Source of the DNA: a virus
Length of the DNA: 64,000 bases
Direction: 5' to 3' (one strand)
IMG/VR virus record: IMGVR_UViG_3300008108_004834
Location: 1 to 64,000 of that record
Of this stretch, positions 35,466 to 46,283 are shown one piece after another. Position numbers and translations under genes: made by a program. The stretch's first letter is position 1, and every line of letters begins with the position of its first letter. The notes beneath the pieces are model-generated. The model worked only from the letters and a program-made list of their open reading frames with translations. It did not search any database and had not been told where the DNA came from.

Positions 35466-35714
35466 AAATTGGACTTAAATAAAAAGAGGGATTGACACCC
35501 TCTCTTTTTTTGACTACAATGAAATTGACAATTGACAAGCAAAATGAATCAAGAAAAATTAAAATTAATAGTAAAAAATCTGGAACTATTAGTTCAATCT
35601 TTAAAGGAAGAACTTGATTTGAATGATAGACCAGAATATAACTACGAACAAATTTCGCCATATGTTCAAGATTATGACGAAGTATTTTATGACGACGAGG
35701 AATGAGGAAGGAAA

Positions 35715-36467
35715 ATGAAACCAATCAAATCAAAAGATCTTCTTGAACTGGATAAAAATCTTGAAGTAGTTAAACTTCAATCTTATCCTATCCCAGAGCA
35801 AGTAATTTGGCAGGCAGGAAAAGGTGATTATTCTGAAGTTCCCATTCATGAAGTAGAAGTTCCTAACAACACTAAATGTGGAGAATGGGTTGTAGAGCAA
35901 CTTCTTGCAAACGAGAGGGGACACTGGGGACCATTGGAGCATCCTCAGATTACATTCTCTTGTGCTGGTTTTGTTCACAATGTAATCGTTCAGGCAAGAA
36001 CCCATCGTATCGGAACAACTTGGGATGTTCAATCACAGCGATATACTGGAAAGCGTGTAGTCAAGGTTGCCAAGGGTGAACTTGATGTTGAGAAAGTCTT
36101 CTATGTGCGTCCTGTGGGGTTCTATACCAACCGTAAGGGTAAGAAGTATGAATGGACCGAAGAGAACCGTCAACGCAAATTGGGGCGCATTCTGAGCGAG
36201 TGTGAGGAGTATGCTGAGTACTATGAGCAGGGAATGTGTGAGGAACATATTCGGGATTACCTTCCACAGGCAATTCGTCAGAACTTTGTAGTATCTTTCA
36301 ATCTTCGTTCGGTACTTCACTTTATGGATCTTCGGTCCAAACTTGATGCTCAACTTGAAATTCAAGCATTATGTGATGCGTTTGCTCCAGAACTTCAGAA
36401 GTGGACGCCGAATGTTTGGAAGTATTATGAGGAAAAGAGACTCCATAAAGCAAGACTTTCTCCTTGA
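35715..36467 (+). CDS. thyX: flavin-dependent thymidylate synthase
   Basis: GHWGPLEH, RTHR...QSQRY, NLRSVLHFMDLR...AQLEI. Confidence 0.92.
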   Translation: MKPIKSKDLLELDKNLEVVKLQSYPIPEQVIWQAGKGDYSEVPIHEVEVPNNTKCGEWVVEQLLANERGHWGPLEHPQITFSCAGFVHNVIVQARTHRIGTTWDVQSQRYTGKRVVKVAKGELDVEKVFYVRPVGFYTNRKGKKYEWTEENRQRKLGRILSECEEYAEYYEQGMCEEHIRDYLPQAIRQNFVVSFNLRSVLHFMDLRSKLDAQLEIQALCDAFAPELQKWTPNVWKYYEEKRLHKARLSP

Positions 36468-36664
36468 GGTATTATGAAAAGTTGGTGCTTAGTAGATCAC
36501 GCCACGGGTCGGGTATTTAAAGTCATTGTGACTGAGGAACAACTAAAAGAATATTTTGTTCAAAATCCAAATATATCCGAATGTGTTGATTGTATTGAAT
36601 GTGACGATGCAGACAGTATTACTTTAGAGTGATAAATATCCTTACACACTATGGAGGAATAAAA

Positions 36665-36907
36665 TTGGCTGTATATCCAATTATTAACAAAGAAACTGGA
36701 GAACAAAAGGTCATTGAGATGAGTGTCAACGACATTATGCAATGGTATAATGATAATCCAGAATGGACACGCGATTGGTCCCAAGGTTGTGCATCTCCTG
36801 GAGAAGTAGGGGAGTGGCAAAATAAATTAGTTTCCAAGCATCCTGGATGGAATGATGTACTTTCTCGTGCATCAAAAATGCCAGGTTCAAAAGTTAAAAA
36901 AATCTAA
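36665..36907 (+). CDS. conserved T4-like hypothetical upstream of phoH
   Basis: GGAGG RBS, TTG start, YP.INKETGE. Confidence 0.65.
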   Translation: MAVYPIINKETGEQKVIEMSVNDIMQWYNDNPEWTRDWSQGCASPGEVGEWQNKLVSKHPGWNDVLSRASKMPGSKVKKI

Positions 36908-36923
36908 TCCAAAATAATATCAT

Positions 36924-37676
36924 ATGGCAAGAAGAAAAAGAGAAGAGCAACCAATTGGCATAGGTTTAACTGCTAGACAAATGAAGCGGAGAAAACCGAT
37001 CAGTTCTGATTTAATGAGAGAGATTGGTCCTCTTACAGAAAATCAGAAAAAACTGTATGAATATTATGGGCAAGGTAAGAATATTTTTGCTCACGGTGTT
37101 CCTGGTTCTGGAAAAACATTTATTCTACTTTATAATGCATTAAAGGATGTTCTTGATGAAAGAACCCCTTATGAAAAAATTTATATTGTAAGGTCTCTTG
37201 TTCAGACTAGAGAAATTGGATTTTTGCCTGGATCTGAAGACGACAAAAAATCTCTCTTTGAAATACCATACAAAAATATGGTAAAGTATATGTTTGAGAT
37301 GCCAGATGATGCCTCTTTTGAAATGCTTTACGCAAATCTAAAGGCACAAGGAACTATTAGTTTTTGGTGTACCTCTTTTATTCGTGGAGTAACTCTTGAC
37401 AACGCTATCATTATTGTAGACGAAGCACAAAATTGCTCAGCACACGAAAGTTTCTCAGTAATTTCCAGATGTGGATTTAATACAAAAATTATGTTTGCTG
37501 GCGATATAGAGCAGAGTGATTTAACTAGAATGAGTGAGAGAAATGGTATTATTGATTTCATCCGTGTTATTGAGGTAATGCCTTCATTTGAAAAAATTGA
37601 ATTTCAAGTTGATGATATTGTCAGATCTTCTTTGGTAAAAGAATTCGTAATAGCTAAAAAATCTCTTGGTCTTTAA
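36924..37676 (+). CDS. phoH: PhoH-family ATPase
   Basis: GVPGSGKT, IGFLPG, RGVTL, VDEAQN, GDIEQSD. Confidence 0.96.
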   Translation: MARRKREEQPIGIGLTARQMKRRKPISSDLMREIGPLTENQKKLYEYYGQGKNIFAHGVPGSGKTFILLYNALKDVLDERTPYEKIYIVRSLVQTREIGFLPGSEDDKKSLFEIPYKNMVKYMFEMPDDASFEMLYANLKAQGTISFWCTSFIRGVTLDNAIIIVDEAQNCSAHESFSVISRCGFNTKIMFAGDIEQSDLTRMSERNGIIDFIRVIEVMPSFEKIEFQVDDIVRSSLVKEFVIAKKSLGL

Positions 37677-37678
37677 TA

Positions 37679-38347
37679 ATGTTTAATCATATAGAATTGA
37701 ATTTGCCCGTTCTTGAAAGGGAACTGATTGGTGGTGTGAGGTATTACAAATTACCTTTGGGAAATAAGAAGTTAGTATCAGTTACTTCTGTTATTAGTCA
37801 TTATAAAAAAGATTTCTTTGATAAGTGGAGAAAGAGAGTTGGTGTAGAGGAGGCCAATAAGATTACAAAAAGGGCAACCAGTCGTGGAACTGATACACAT
37901 ACTCTTATTGAAAACTATCTTCTAAATCGCGATTTACCTTCCGTTCAACCAATCTCCGAACATTTATTTAAGATTTCTAAACCAACTCTTCAACGCATAA
38001 ATAATATTCATTGTCTTGAAGGATCACTTTATAGTGAGATTTTAGGAATTGCAGGAACTGTAGATACAATAGCAGAATTTGATGGCGAACTTGCTGTTAT
38101 TGACTATAAGACTTCCGCAAAACCAAAACCAAGAGAATGGATAGAAGGTTATTTCGTTCAGTGTGCTGCCTATGCAGCAATGCTCTATGAACTTACTGGA
38201 ATATCTGTAAAGAAGTTTGTGATTATTATGACCTGTGAAGACGGGGAGTGTGTCGTCTATGAAGAAAGAGATAAGAAAAAGTATCTAAAACTTCTCATTG
38301 AATATATTGAAAAATTTGTCAATGACAAACTGGAAGAATTGACTTGA
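37679..38347 (+). CDS. PD-(D/E)xK exonuclease
   Basis: SVTSVI, RGT..H, AGTVD, IDYKTS, Q..AY. Confidence 0.88.
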   Translation: MFNHIELNLPVLERELIGGVRYYKLPLGNKKLVSVTSVISHYKKDFFDKWRKRVGVEEANKITKRATSRGTDTHTLIENYLLNRDLPSVQPISEHLFKISKPTLQRINNIHCLEGSLYSEILGIAGTVDTIAEFDGELAVIDYKTSAKPKPREWIEGYFVQCAAYAAMLYELTGISVKKFVIIMTCEDGECVVYEERDKKKYLKLLIEYIEKFVNDKLEELT

Positions 38348-38416
38348 TCAATTTTTATTGCTATACTTCAGTTAAGTTCGTTTTTTAAAGTCTTGTATAT
38401 TACAGTATTGGGTCAA

Positions 38417-38674
38417 ATGGAGAATGAGTTAGAAAAGGTATTAGAGAGTAAATTCTTTTGTCCATCGCGATTTGCACAAGAGATTGAGAATATCGTACAG
38501 GTTAATCCTGATATGAATTACATTGATGCAATCGTTCATTTTTGCGAAAAGAATAGTATAGATTTAGAATCAGTTCCAAAACTCATTTCAAAACCACTTA
38601 AAGAAAAGATTAAATATGAAGCAATGGAACTGAATTTTCTTAAAAAGACTTCCCGTGCAAAATTAGTTTTTTGA
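38417..38674 (+). CDS. g33: late transcription coactivator gp33
   Basis: YIDAI..FCE, LKEKI..EA..LNFL. Confidence 0.88.
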   Translation: MENELEKVLESKFFCPSRFAQEIENIVQVNPDMNYIDAIVHFCEKNSIDLESVPKLISKPLKEKIKYEAMELNFLKKTSRAKLVF

Positions 38675-38681
38675 ATTTTAA

Positions 38682-39278
38682 ATGGCACCTTTTGATGTAT
38701 ATGTCAAGTATCTTTGTTTGAAGAATCACTTTAACAAAGATACTTATGATTATTTTAAGTATAATAAGAAAACCAGAGCAAGTCTTCAATCCTTCTATAA
38801 GAGACGCGATAGATTTTGGTTTGAAAAAATTTCAAGACAAAGAAACGAAAAAGAAGTAGAAGATTTTTTTGTTGCAAACTTTGTTTCTTGTAATGATCCA
38901 GAAACTCTTTGGATTGGTGAAATGATTAAAGAAGGAGAAGGAAGATATAATAATTGGCAGAAAAAGATTCAGTCATTATCATATCTGTTTAAAGAAGAAT
39001 CACAATCACTGTTTGAAGAAAACAAATTTGATGAAGTATTTAATTGCTCAAAAGGACATCCTCCTCTTCTTAAAAAATTCCTGAGCGGGAATATTAGTCT
39101 GGAAACATTGGTCATTTATGATAAAATATTCCTGTTCGGGAATAAGTTTGATAAGAAACTCAATGACCCCATATGGCAAACTGTAGGACGTAGAATTAAA
39201 AAGTATTCTCCTTTTTTGAATATAGATACATTACGTTATAGAAAAATTTTAAAAGAAATTATTACTGGAGAAAAATGA
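38682..39278 (+). CDS. g59: helicase loader gp59
   Basis: LKNHF...YDYFKY, SF.KRRDR..FEK. Confidence 0.9.
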   Translation: MAPFDVYVKYLCLKNHFNKDTYDYFKYNKKTRASLQSFYKRRDRFWFEKISRQRNEKEVEDFFVANFVSCNDPETLWIGEMIKEGEGRYNNWQKKIQSLSYLFKEESQSLFEENKFDEVFNCSKGHPPLLKKFLSGNISLETLVIYDKIFLFGNKFDKKLNDPIWQTVGRRIKKYSPFLNIDTLRYRKILKEIITGEK

Positions 39279-39619
39279 GTTTTTTTGATTCTGAGGTTGT
39301 TCGCGCAGAAATGGCAGAAATATCTGAACTTCAAGAGGAAATATATGGAAGTGTCTTTACATTTCCAACAATGACCAAAGAAGAAAAAATCCGCCACGTA
39401 GATCTTCTTGACAGGTTATTGAATAAACAGAGAATTCTTTATACTAGATTGAGTCTTTCTGATGATCCTGAAGCAAAGGAAATGAAAGAAAGAGTTATTA
39501 CTGCCGCTTTAATGATGGGTCTTCCTTCAAATGTTGATATGAATGTCCTTTTTGGTAATATGACGAAAATGCTTGAGGCGATGAAGGAAGAGATTGACAA
39601 AACTGGTTCCGACCTGTAG
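39275..39619 (+). CDS. DUF1825-like cyanophage protein
   Basis: MSFFDSEVV, Q...Y.RL.LSDDPEA. Confidence 0.75.
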   Translation: MSFFDSEVVRAEMAEISELQEEIYGSVFTFPTMTKEEKIRHVDLLDRLLNKQRILYTRLSLSDDPEAKEMKERVITAALMMGLPSNVDMNVLFGNMTKMLEAMKEEIDKTGSDL

Positions 39620-39689
39620 AATGATTTGGGCTGGACGATCCCTTAAGCAAAGTCATAAAAGCCAAATACAATTATCTAAAGGTAATCCA

Positions 39690-40640
39690 ATGTCATTTCA
39701 AAATCTTAAGAAACAATCCTCTCTTGGTTCTCTGACTGAAAAGTTGGTTAAGCAAGTAGAAAAAATGAGCACTACTTCTGGTGGTGCTGATGAGCGTCTG
39801 TGGAAACCGGAGATGGATAAAACCGGTGTCGGTTCTGCAATTATTCGTTTTCTTCCCGCACCTGACGGAGAAGAACTTCCTTGGGTGAAGATGTATTCTC
39901 ACGCTTTCCAAGGTCCTGGTGGATGGTATATTGAAAATAGTCTGACCACAATCGGACAAAAAGATCCTCTGGGAGAGCATAATCGTGCTCTCTGGAATAC
40001 TGGTAGTGAGAAGGATAAGGAAACTGTGCGTAAGCAAAAGCGTAAGCTTTCTTACTACAGCAACATTTACGTTGTAAAGGATCCTGCAAATCCTGATAAT
40101 GAAGGTAAAGTATTTCTCTTCAAGTATGGTAAGAAAATCTTTGACAAGATTCTGAATGCTATGCAACCAGAGTTTGAGGACGAAGAACCAATCAATCCTT
40201 TTGATTTCTGGGTGGGAGCTAACTTCAAACTCAAAATCGTAAAAAAGGATGGTTATTGGAACTACGACAAATCTGAGTTTGATCGCATTTCTGTTCTTAA
40301 TGGAGATGATGATGTTCTGGAAGCAATCTGGAAAAAGGAGTATTCCCTAACCGCGATTACTGCTCCGGACCAATTCAAGTCTTATGAAGAACTTGAGAAG
40401 CGTATGAATATGGTTCTTGGAATTTCCCAGACCACTTCACCTACAAAATCTCGTGCAGTAGTGGAACAGGAAGATGAGTACGAATCGTACAGTCAACCTG
40501 TAAGTCGTGAAGACAAAGTGATGGAAGAACTTGAGCAATCTTATAGTCGTTCAAAGACTCCTTCTCTTCCTCAAATCTCACAAGACGATGAAGAGGAAGA
40601 TGATACACTTTCATACTTCCAGAAATTGGTCAACGACTGA
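39690..40640 (+). CDS. g32: ssDNA-binding protein gp32
   Basis: DERLWKP, IRFLP, HAFQGPGGWYIENSLTT, acidic tail. Confidence 0.97.
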   Translation: MSFQNLKKQSSLGSLTEKLVKQVEKMSTTSGGADERLWKPEMDKTGVGSAIIRFLPAPDGEELPWVKMYSHAFQGPGGWYIENSLTTIGQKDPLGEHNRALWNTGSEKDKETVRKQKRKLSYYSNIYVVKDPANPDNEGKVFLFKYGKKIFDKILNAMQPEFEDEEPINPFDFWVGANFKLKIVKKDGYWNYDKSEFDRISVLNGDDDVLEAIWKKEYSLTAITAPDQFKSYEELEKRMNMVLGISQTTSPTKSRAVVEQEDEYESYSQPVSREDKVMEELEQSYSRSKTPSLPQISQDDEEEDDTLSYFQKLVND

Positions 40641-41660
40641 TTAAGTATACAGTCTAATATTATCGCCTCTCTTAAGGGTCTCGGACACATATTGACGAGA
40701 CCCTTTTTTGTATGGCATAATATCATCCATATCATTAAAGACTACATTCAAGTATCTTGGTTTTAGGACGTAGATATTTCTTTTTGATTCCTGCAATTCG
40801 TTTTCGTACTCATAATTTGTTACTGTTCTGACAAAGGAAGTGGAAGAAATTTGAGTAGAATACCCAAGTCCAGGATCCCAATACTCATAATAATATGAGT
40901 TGGCAGTAATTTCTGATGTTCCTTGAATTGTGAAAAGCACTTCTTCTTTTCTTGGTTCTGTTAAAGTGGGCAAAGCAATATCAGGAATAAATGAAAGTTC
41001 ATACCTAAATGCAGTTACATTACCATCAAATTGTCCTAATATTTCTGTTATTATATGTCTCCCATTATACTGTGGTTCTGAAACATTATTAATTGCTATT
41101 TGAGACCCTACCTCTAGATTTGGAATTGAATCTATCATATAAACTGTAACAACATTTGATGGGATTACAGAATCTCCAGAAGAAATATTTGCAATTTTTG
41201 AATTGATTATTTCTAAGAAGTTGCCATTAGTTTTCCAGGTAGGATTAATTTTAATTCCAGATTTTAATACAGTAACTCCCAATGAATTCTTAATTTCTTC
41301 CGTTTCATAATGATGTATTCCACTATACAGTTCATCATAAGAACCATATTTTTTCAACATAACCTTGTCAAAGGTATACTGAGTCATTGGCCATTCTGAT
41401 TGAATATTTAAAATATTATTAGATAGGAGAACGACCCAATCAAGAGTTTCGTCATTGTAGAATTTATATGCAACACTATCAGGTCTTTCATCTCCAATAA
41501 TTGAATACTTTTCAAAGAACTGTAGGTTTCCAAAAATATCTTCTCTTAACTTTCCGCGTTTAAAGAGATTCTTTACTGGAACATAATCGGAAATATGATG
41601 ATCTCCTTTGTTTCTGGAGACATATTCAAAGTTTGGGACTTGTCTAAAATAAGATGCCAT
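40641..41660 (-). CDS. g53: baseplate wedge gp53 (with internal insertion)
   Basis: ERPD.VA..FY..LDWVVLL.N, HHYET, VTNYEYE. Confidence 0.88.
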   Translation of the reverse strand: MASYFRQVPNFEYVSRNKGDHHISDYVPVKNLFKRGKLREDIFGNLQFFEKYSIIGDERPDSVAYKFYNDETLDWVVLLSNNILNIQSEWPMTQYTFDKVMLKKYGSYDELYSGIHHYETEEIKNSLGVTVLKSGIKINPTWKTNGNFLEIINSKIANISSGDSVIPSNVVTVYMIDSIPNLEVGSQIAINNVSEPQYNGRHIITEILGQFDGNVTAFRYELSFIPDIALPTLTEPRKEEVLFTIQGTSEITANSYYYEYWDPGLGYSTQISSTSFVRTVTNYEYENELQESKRNIYVLKPRYLNVVFNDMDDIMPYKKGSRQYVSETLKRGDNIRLYT

Positions 41661-41661
41661 T

Positions 41662-42903
41662 TTAGTAACCTATGAGACCATCATCACTTTGTCCATAATC
41701 ATCATCAAATAGAGGTTCAATTTCACCAAAGGTTAATGTCATATCATATTGAGTCATTGCACCGTCATCATATGTCGCATAGTTTCCTGCGGGAGTATAG
41801 TTAACGACGCAGTTTTGTAAAGCGCAAGTTTTTATTTTATTGATGTATGTATGCTCAGAACCTTTATAATAGTACTGAATATCAAAAATATTTGGCGTTT
41901 GTAAAAATAGTGCAGATTCTGACCTTTTTACTGACATACCTTGTTTGAAAAATCTTATAATTTTTCTAATTTCTTCTGCTTCTTTGCTAAACCGAGCTGA
42001 CATTGAAAAATTGAAAGTAAATGAACGAAGTGATGGACCTTGGAATAATAGTTCCATATTGCTGTTCAAAACAGCACCCGTTGCTCTTGTTAAAAATCCT
42101 TGATTTGCCCCAGTTGCCTGGCCAGCAAAAGATGCTGCTATTGCTTTTTGTATATCTCCTTTGTAATCTTTTACTGCCTTTGCGGCAGTATTTCCCGATT
42201 CTCCAAGATTTTCTGCCCCCCCTTTAATCGCTGATAATGCTAGAGCTGCTCCGGCAGCAGAAATCGCATCCATAGAATTCTCTCCCCAAGAAACTAGATT
42301 AGAATCGGAAATACCAGGTTGTATAGGGAGCATGACAGTTCCCATAGAATTTCCTTTATTGGATCCAGAAAATGTTCCAAGATCACTAGTCAATTCAACT
42401 TTCTTTGGTTTAGCCCTATACATCGTAAATTTAATACAATCTTGTTCAGACATAAATTTTGCATCTTTGGGATACTTTAGATTACCATAACTCTGTCTTA
42501 TGCCACCTTTTTTATCTCCTATCTTTAAATCCGATAGAGTTTTATTAAAGTCTGTTGCAGATCCTGTAGACCCTGCAGTTGCAGAATTTGGTGATAGTAA
42601 TTGTTGTGCATTTGTTGCTCCTGCTTTAGTTGCAGTCTCAATTGACTTATCTTTAATAATTTTTATATTTTTAGTGTCAGATAATGCTTTTTTTTCGGAA
42701 TCCGTTAAATTTGCATTAGCATCTGGAGTAAATTGCCCTGTTGATGGATTGTAAGTTCCTATACTTTGTTGCGTAGTTGCTGCCCCACCACGGTAAACCT
42801 GGGTTATTCCATTAGTTGCATTTACTTCGTTGGATAATATTCCCCCAATACCAGGAATTAAATATGTATTTGTTCCCGCTGCTCCATAAGTTCCTGCCAT
42901 CAA
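41662..42903 (-). CDS. g48: baseplate tail-tube cap gp48
   Basis: N.ELLFQGPSLRSFTF, L.F.EIEP. Confidence 0.85.
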   Translation of the reverse strand: MMAGTYGAAGTNTYLIPGIGGILSNEVNATNGITQVYRGGAATTQQSIGTYNPSTGQFTPDANANLTDSEKKALSDTKNIKIIKDKSIETATKAGATNAQQLLSPNSATAGSTGSATDFNKTLSDLKIGDKKGGIRQSYGNLKYPKDAKFMSEQDCIKFTMYRAKPKKVELTSDLGTFSGSNKGNSMGTVMLPIQPGISDSNLVSWGENSMDAISAAGAALALSAIKGGAENLGESGNTAAKAVKDYKGDIQKAIAASFAGQATGANQGFLTRATGAVLNSNMELLFQGPSLRSFTFNFSMSARFSKEAEEIRKIIRFFKQGMSVKRSESALFLQTPNIFDIQYYYKGSEHTYINKIKTCALQNCVVNYTPAGNYATYDDGAMTQYDMTLTFGEIEPLFDDDYGQSDDGLIGY

Positions 42904-42978
42904 ACCTCCTCCTTACTTGCGGAAGAATTAATAATCTCAATTATTTGTAGAGTATGAGACATTGATATGAAGAGGTTT

Positions 42979-43374
42979 TTATTTATTTAGACGGAATTTT
43001 GCATAAGGTATAGAAAGTAACTCATCCAACTCATTATACTTAACAACGTGAAGTTTTCCGGAAACTTCTCCCCACGTATATTGTCTTGATTGTCTCCAAT
43101 GAAAATTGATTGCTTTAAATCCCCATCCATAAAGTTCTGTGCAGGCAATTAATGGGTGCTGGTCATATTCAATTTCTGGTGTCTTTGGAGTATAAACGAA
43201 TGTATAAAACTTTCCTGGTTCTGGATATAATACTTCTTCCTTTAAGGCATCCATTATCATCAACATTAGGTCTTCTGGATCACTGGTTCCATTCTCAACA
43301 ATTCTTCTCTTAAGTTCTTCTATTCTTGCTGTTGTTGAGGATTTCTCTACATATTGCCCAAAACCTTTTGCCAT
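42979..43374 (-). CDS. g2: DNA end protector gp2-like
   Basis: PGKFYTFVY.PKT...YDQHPL, NFH. Confidence 0.75.
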   Translation of the reverse strand: MAKGFGQYVEKSSTTARIEELKRRIVENGTSDPEDLMLMIMDALKEEVLYPEPGKFYTFVYTPKTPEIEYDQHPLIACTELYGWGFKAINFHWRQSRQYTWGEVSGKLHVVKYNELDELLSIPYAKFRLNK

Positions 43375-43827
43375 TTACTTGATACCAAGTTCGTTTTCTG
43401 TGACGATAAGAAATTTTATTAAGTGGTCATCGCACCATTCTTGAATTGTTTTCCACTTTGATTGATTAACAGCATAAGTATTCACTTCATTAATATAAGT
43501 TTTTGTTTTCTTATTTCCCTTAATTGGCGGAACTGTTTGCCTTTTTGGTTTTATTTCAATCACATACTTTTGAGTCTTTCCATTATTTTCTAGTACTTCA
43601 ATAATAAAATCTGGAAAGTATCTACACACTTTTTCCTTTACTGGATTATAATAAGGAATACAAAATTCTTCAGACCCATACCTAAGAATACTTGGAGACC
43701 TATCACACCATTGCATAAACTTGAGTTCCCAACTACTTCTATATACTATATTTTTGGGGTCTCCAATATATTTTTGGGGATTTTGTGGATGAAAAAGTCC
43801 TTGACAATATTTTGAATCGCGAGACAT
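43375..43827 (-). CDS. g4: head completion nuclease gp4
   Basis: KY.GDP.NIVYRSSWE, RYFPDF, IEIKP. Confidence 0.93.
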   Translation of the reverse strand: MSRDSKYCQGLFHPQNPQKYIGDPKNIVYRSSWELKFMQWCDRSPSILRYGSEEFCIPYYNPVKEKVCRYFPDFIIEVLENNGKTQKYVIEIKPKRQTVPPIKGNKKTKTYINEVNTYAVNQSKWKTIQEWCDDHLIKFLIVTENELGIK

Positions 43828-43872
43828 TCTTTCTTTTTATATACATAATATATCAACTAAAAGTATTTATAG

Positions 43873-44853
43873 ATGGCCATCAACGGTTTTGCAAGTGGTT
43901 TAGATCTTGGGGTCAATACTCCAACAATTAATCTTCAAAATGCAAATCTTGCAGCAAATATAAACAATAATACTTCAGTGGCATTTGATCAAAATACAAA
44001 TCTCGTTCCCGGAGTTCCCAATCCTTCCCAAGCAGAAGAACAAACTCAAACAACAAATTCTGGTGGCAATGCCCCACAACCAAAAAAAGTTTCTACTGAT
44101 ATTATAAAGGCAAGAATACTCCAACCTTCCTTAACCTCACATTTCGAGTGTTACTTTGCGCCGCCGCCTCCTCCTTGTGCTGCTTTTATTAAGCAAGGAG
44201 TTCCTGATGTTGATGTTGAAGGTCTTTTGATGTTGACTTGTTCCGAAGCATCTCTTCCTGGATCAAGTTTAACAACTCACGAATTAAATAATGATATAAC
44301 AGGAGTAACTCAAAGACACGCATATCGTCGTTTATATGATGATCGTGCTGATTTTACATTTTATGTAAATAACTCATACACACAGATTAGATACTTTGAG
44401 TCTTGGATAAGATTTATTGCAGGCGAACAAGTAGCAAAGGAAGTTTCATCCGACTTATATCGCCCATATAGAGTTAAATATCCCCAAGATTATAAAACTA
44501 GTGTTTATATCACCAAATTCGAAAGAGATACTCAAGCGATAGGTGCCAAAAACCCCCAAAGAATTGTTTACACATTTCACAATGCGTTCCCACTTCAAGT
44601 ACAATCAATGCCAGTCTCTTATGATTCCTCCCAGTTATTGAAGTGTACAGTGTCATTTACTTATGATAGGTACACTGCATCAAATACTTCAGTTTCTTCT
44701 ACTTATACTCGGACGGAAGAACCCACCCAATCAACAGCAACTGGGGTTCCAAATCTTGCTGTAGATAATCTTTTTACGAATACGCAATTACAATTTGGTG
44801 TTGGTGGTGTTCCTGAACTTCCCGGATTAGTTGGCACTGGTGCATTGGCATAA
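43873..44853 (+). CDS. g54: baseplate tail-tube initiator gp54-like
   Basis: C..ASLPGSS, AFP....MP.SY. Confidence 0.75.
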   Translation: MAINGFASGLDLGVNTPTINLQNANLAANINNNTSVAFDQNTNLVPGVPNPSQAEEQTQTTNSGGNAPQPKKVSTDIIKARILQPSLTSHFECYFAPPPPPCAAFIKQGVPDVDVEGLLMLTCSEASLPGSSLTTHELNNDITGVTQRHAYRRLYDDRADFTFYVNNSYTQIRYFESWIRFIAGEQVAKEVSSDLYRPYRVKYPQDYKTSVYITKFERDTQAIGAKNPQRIVYTFHNAFPLQVQSMPVSYDSSQLLKCTVSFTYDRYTASNTSVSSTYTRTEEPTQSTATGVPNLAVDNLFTNTQLQFGVGGVPELPGLVGTGALA

Positions 44854-45021
44854 AAAAAGAGGGCCTCAAGACCCTCTTTTAATTTGGAAATGTTGAACCA
44901 TTGTCTAGATTTTTTGTTGCTTCTTGAAGTAGATATACACCAAGAACTATAAAACTTGTAGTTCCTATCCAGGCAAGACTTAAAATTAAACTAAGTTTTA
45001 TTAAATTTCTAAAAAATTTAA

Positions 45022-45261
45022 TCATTTTTTATTGGAGTTATTCATACAAAGTCCGATAGCAGCTACAACGGTGATCAAATTGCCCAATAAAAACCAATTT
45101 CCTTCTGCTGCAACGTTCATTCGATGACGTATTTCTGCATGATGGGATTCTGTCTTAACTGCATTTTCTAGAAGAGACATATCTCTTACTGTTTCATATG
45201 CCACATATCCAGAACCAAGAATTCCGTAAATGAATACAAGACTAAAAAAGAGTTTTTGCAT
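45022..45261 (-). CDS. small membrane protein
   Basis: two hydrophobic helices; own extended -10 promoter. Confidence 0.55.
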   Translation of the reverse strand: MQKLFFSLVFIYGILGSGYVAYETVRDMSLLENAVKTESHHAEIRHRMNVAAEGNWFLLGNLITVVAAIGLCMNNSNKK

Positions 45262-45378
45262 TTGATTGTTTGTTTACTGTTTTATTATAGCACCCAAAAT
45301 GACCAAAAATGTTTTAAGTGGCCACTTCATCTTCTGTCCACCTACCATAAATAAATTAACTGAATTGTATAGGAGATT

Positions 45379-46098
45379 ATGCCTTTACCAAAAATTGCCA
45401 CACCAACATATGAGTTGGAATTACCTTCAACTGGTCAAACTATAAAATTTAGACCATTTTTAGTCAAAGAAGAAAAATTGCTAGTCATCGCTTTAGAATC
45501 TGAAGATACTAAGCAAATTACTAATGCAATTAAAACAGTAATTAAAAACTGTATTGAAACTAAGAATGTCAAAGTGGAAAATTTACCTACATTTGATATA
45601 GAGTATCTTTTCCTTAACATTCGGGGTAAGTCTGTTGGTGAAGAGATAGAAGTAAATGTATTCTGCCCAGATGACGGAGAAACTTCTGTTCCTGTTAAAA
45701 TTAACGTAGACGATATCAAAGTTCAACGTAATAATAAACACTCCAATAAAATTAAACTTGACGATTCTCTAATGATGGAAATGAAGTATCCATCTCTAGA
45801 TCAGTTCATTAAAAACAATTTTGACTTGTCTAGTAATAATGCAATGGAGCAATCATTTGAACTTGTTGCTTCTTGTGTGGATAAAATTTACACAGAAGAT
45901 GAAGTTTGGGCATCTGCTGATGTATCTAAGAAAGAACTTTTAGAATTTCTGGACCAAATGAATTCTTCTCAATTTAAACAAATTGAAAGGTTCTTTGAAA
46001 CAATGCCCAAACTTTCTCATAAAATCAAGGTTAAAAATCCAAGGACTGAGGTTGAAAGTGAAGTTGTTCTTGAGGGACTATCAAGTTTTTTCGCATAG
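45379..46098 (+). CDS. g26: baseplate hub gp26
   Basis: MPLPKI, FRPFLVKEEK, IRGKSVGE, LEGLSSFF. Confidence 0.92.
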   Translation: MPLPKIATPTYELELPSTGQTIKFRPFLVKEEKLLVIALESEDTKQITNAIKTVIKNCIETKNVKVENLPTFDIEYLFLNIRGKSVGEEIEVNVFCPDDGETSVPVKINVDDIKVQRNNKHSNKIKLDDSLMMEMKYPSLDQFIKNNFDLSSNNAMEQSFELVASCVDKIYTEDEVWASADVSKKELLEFLDQMNSSQFKQIERFFETMPKLSHKIKVKNPRTEVESEVVLEGLSSFFA

Positions 46099-46100
46099 GA

Positions 46101-46283
46101 ATGTCCCATATGGATCTCAAGGCTTATTTTAGTCTCAACTTTTCGTTAATGCAGTATCATAAATATTCATTGACTGAAATTGAAAATATGATTCCTTGGG
46201 AGAGGGATATTTATGTTGAATTCCTAAGACAGCATTTAGAAGAAGAAGAGTTAAAACAGAAACAACAAACTAATGGCTGGTAA
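46101..46283 (+). CDS. g51: baseplate hub assembly protein gp51-like
   Basis: NFSLMQYHKYSLTEIENMIPWERDIY. Confidence 0.8.
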   Translation: MSHMDLKAYFSLNFSLMQYHKYSLTEIENMIPWERDIYVEFLRQHLEEEELKQKQQTNGW

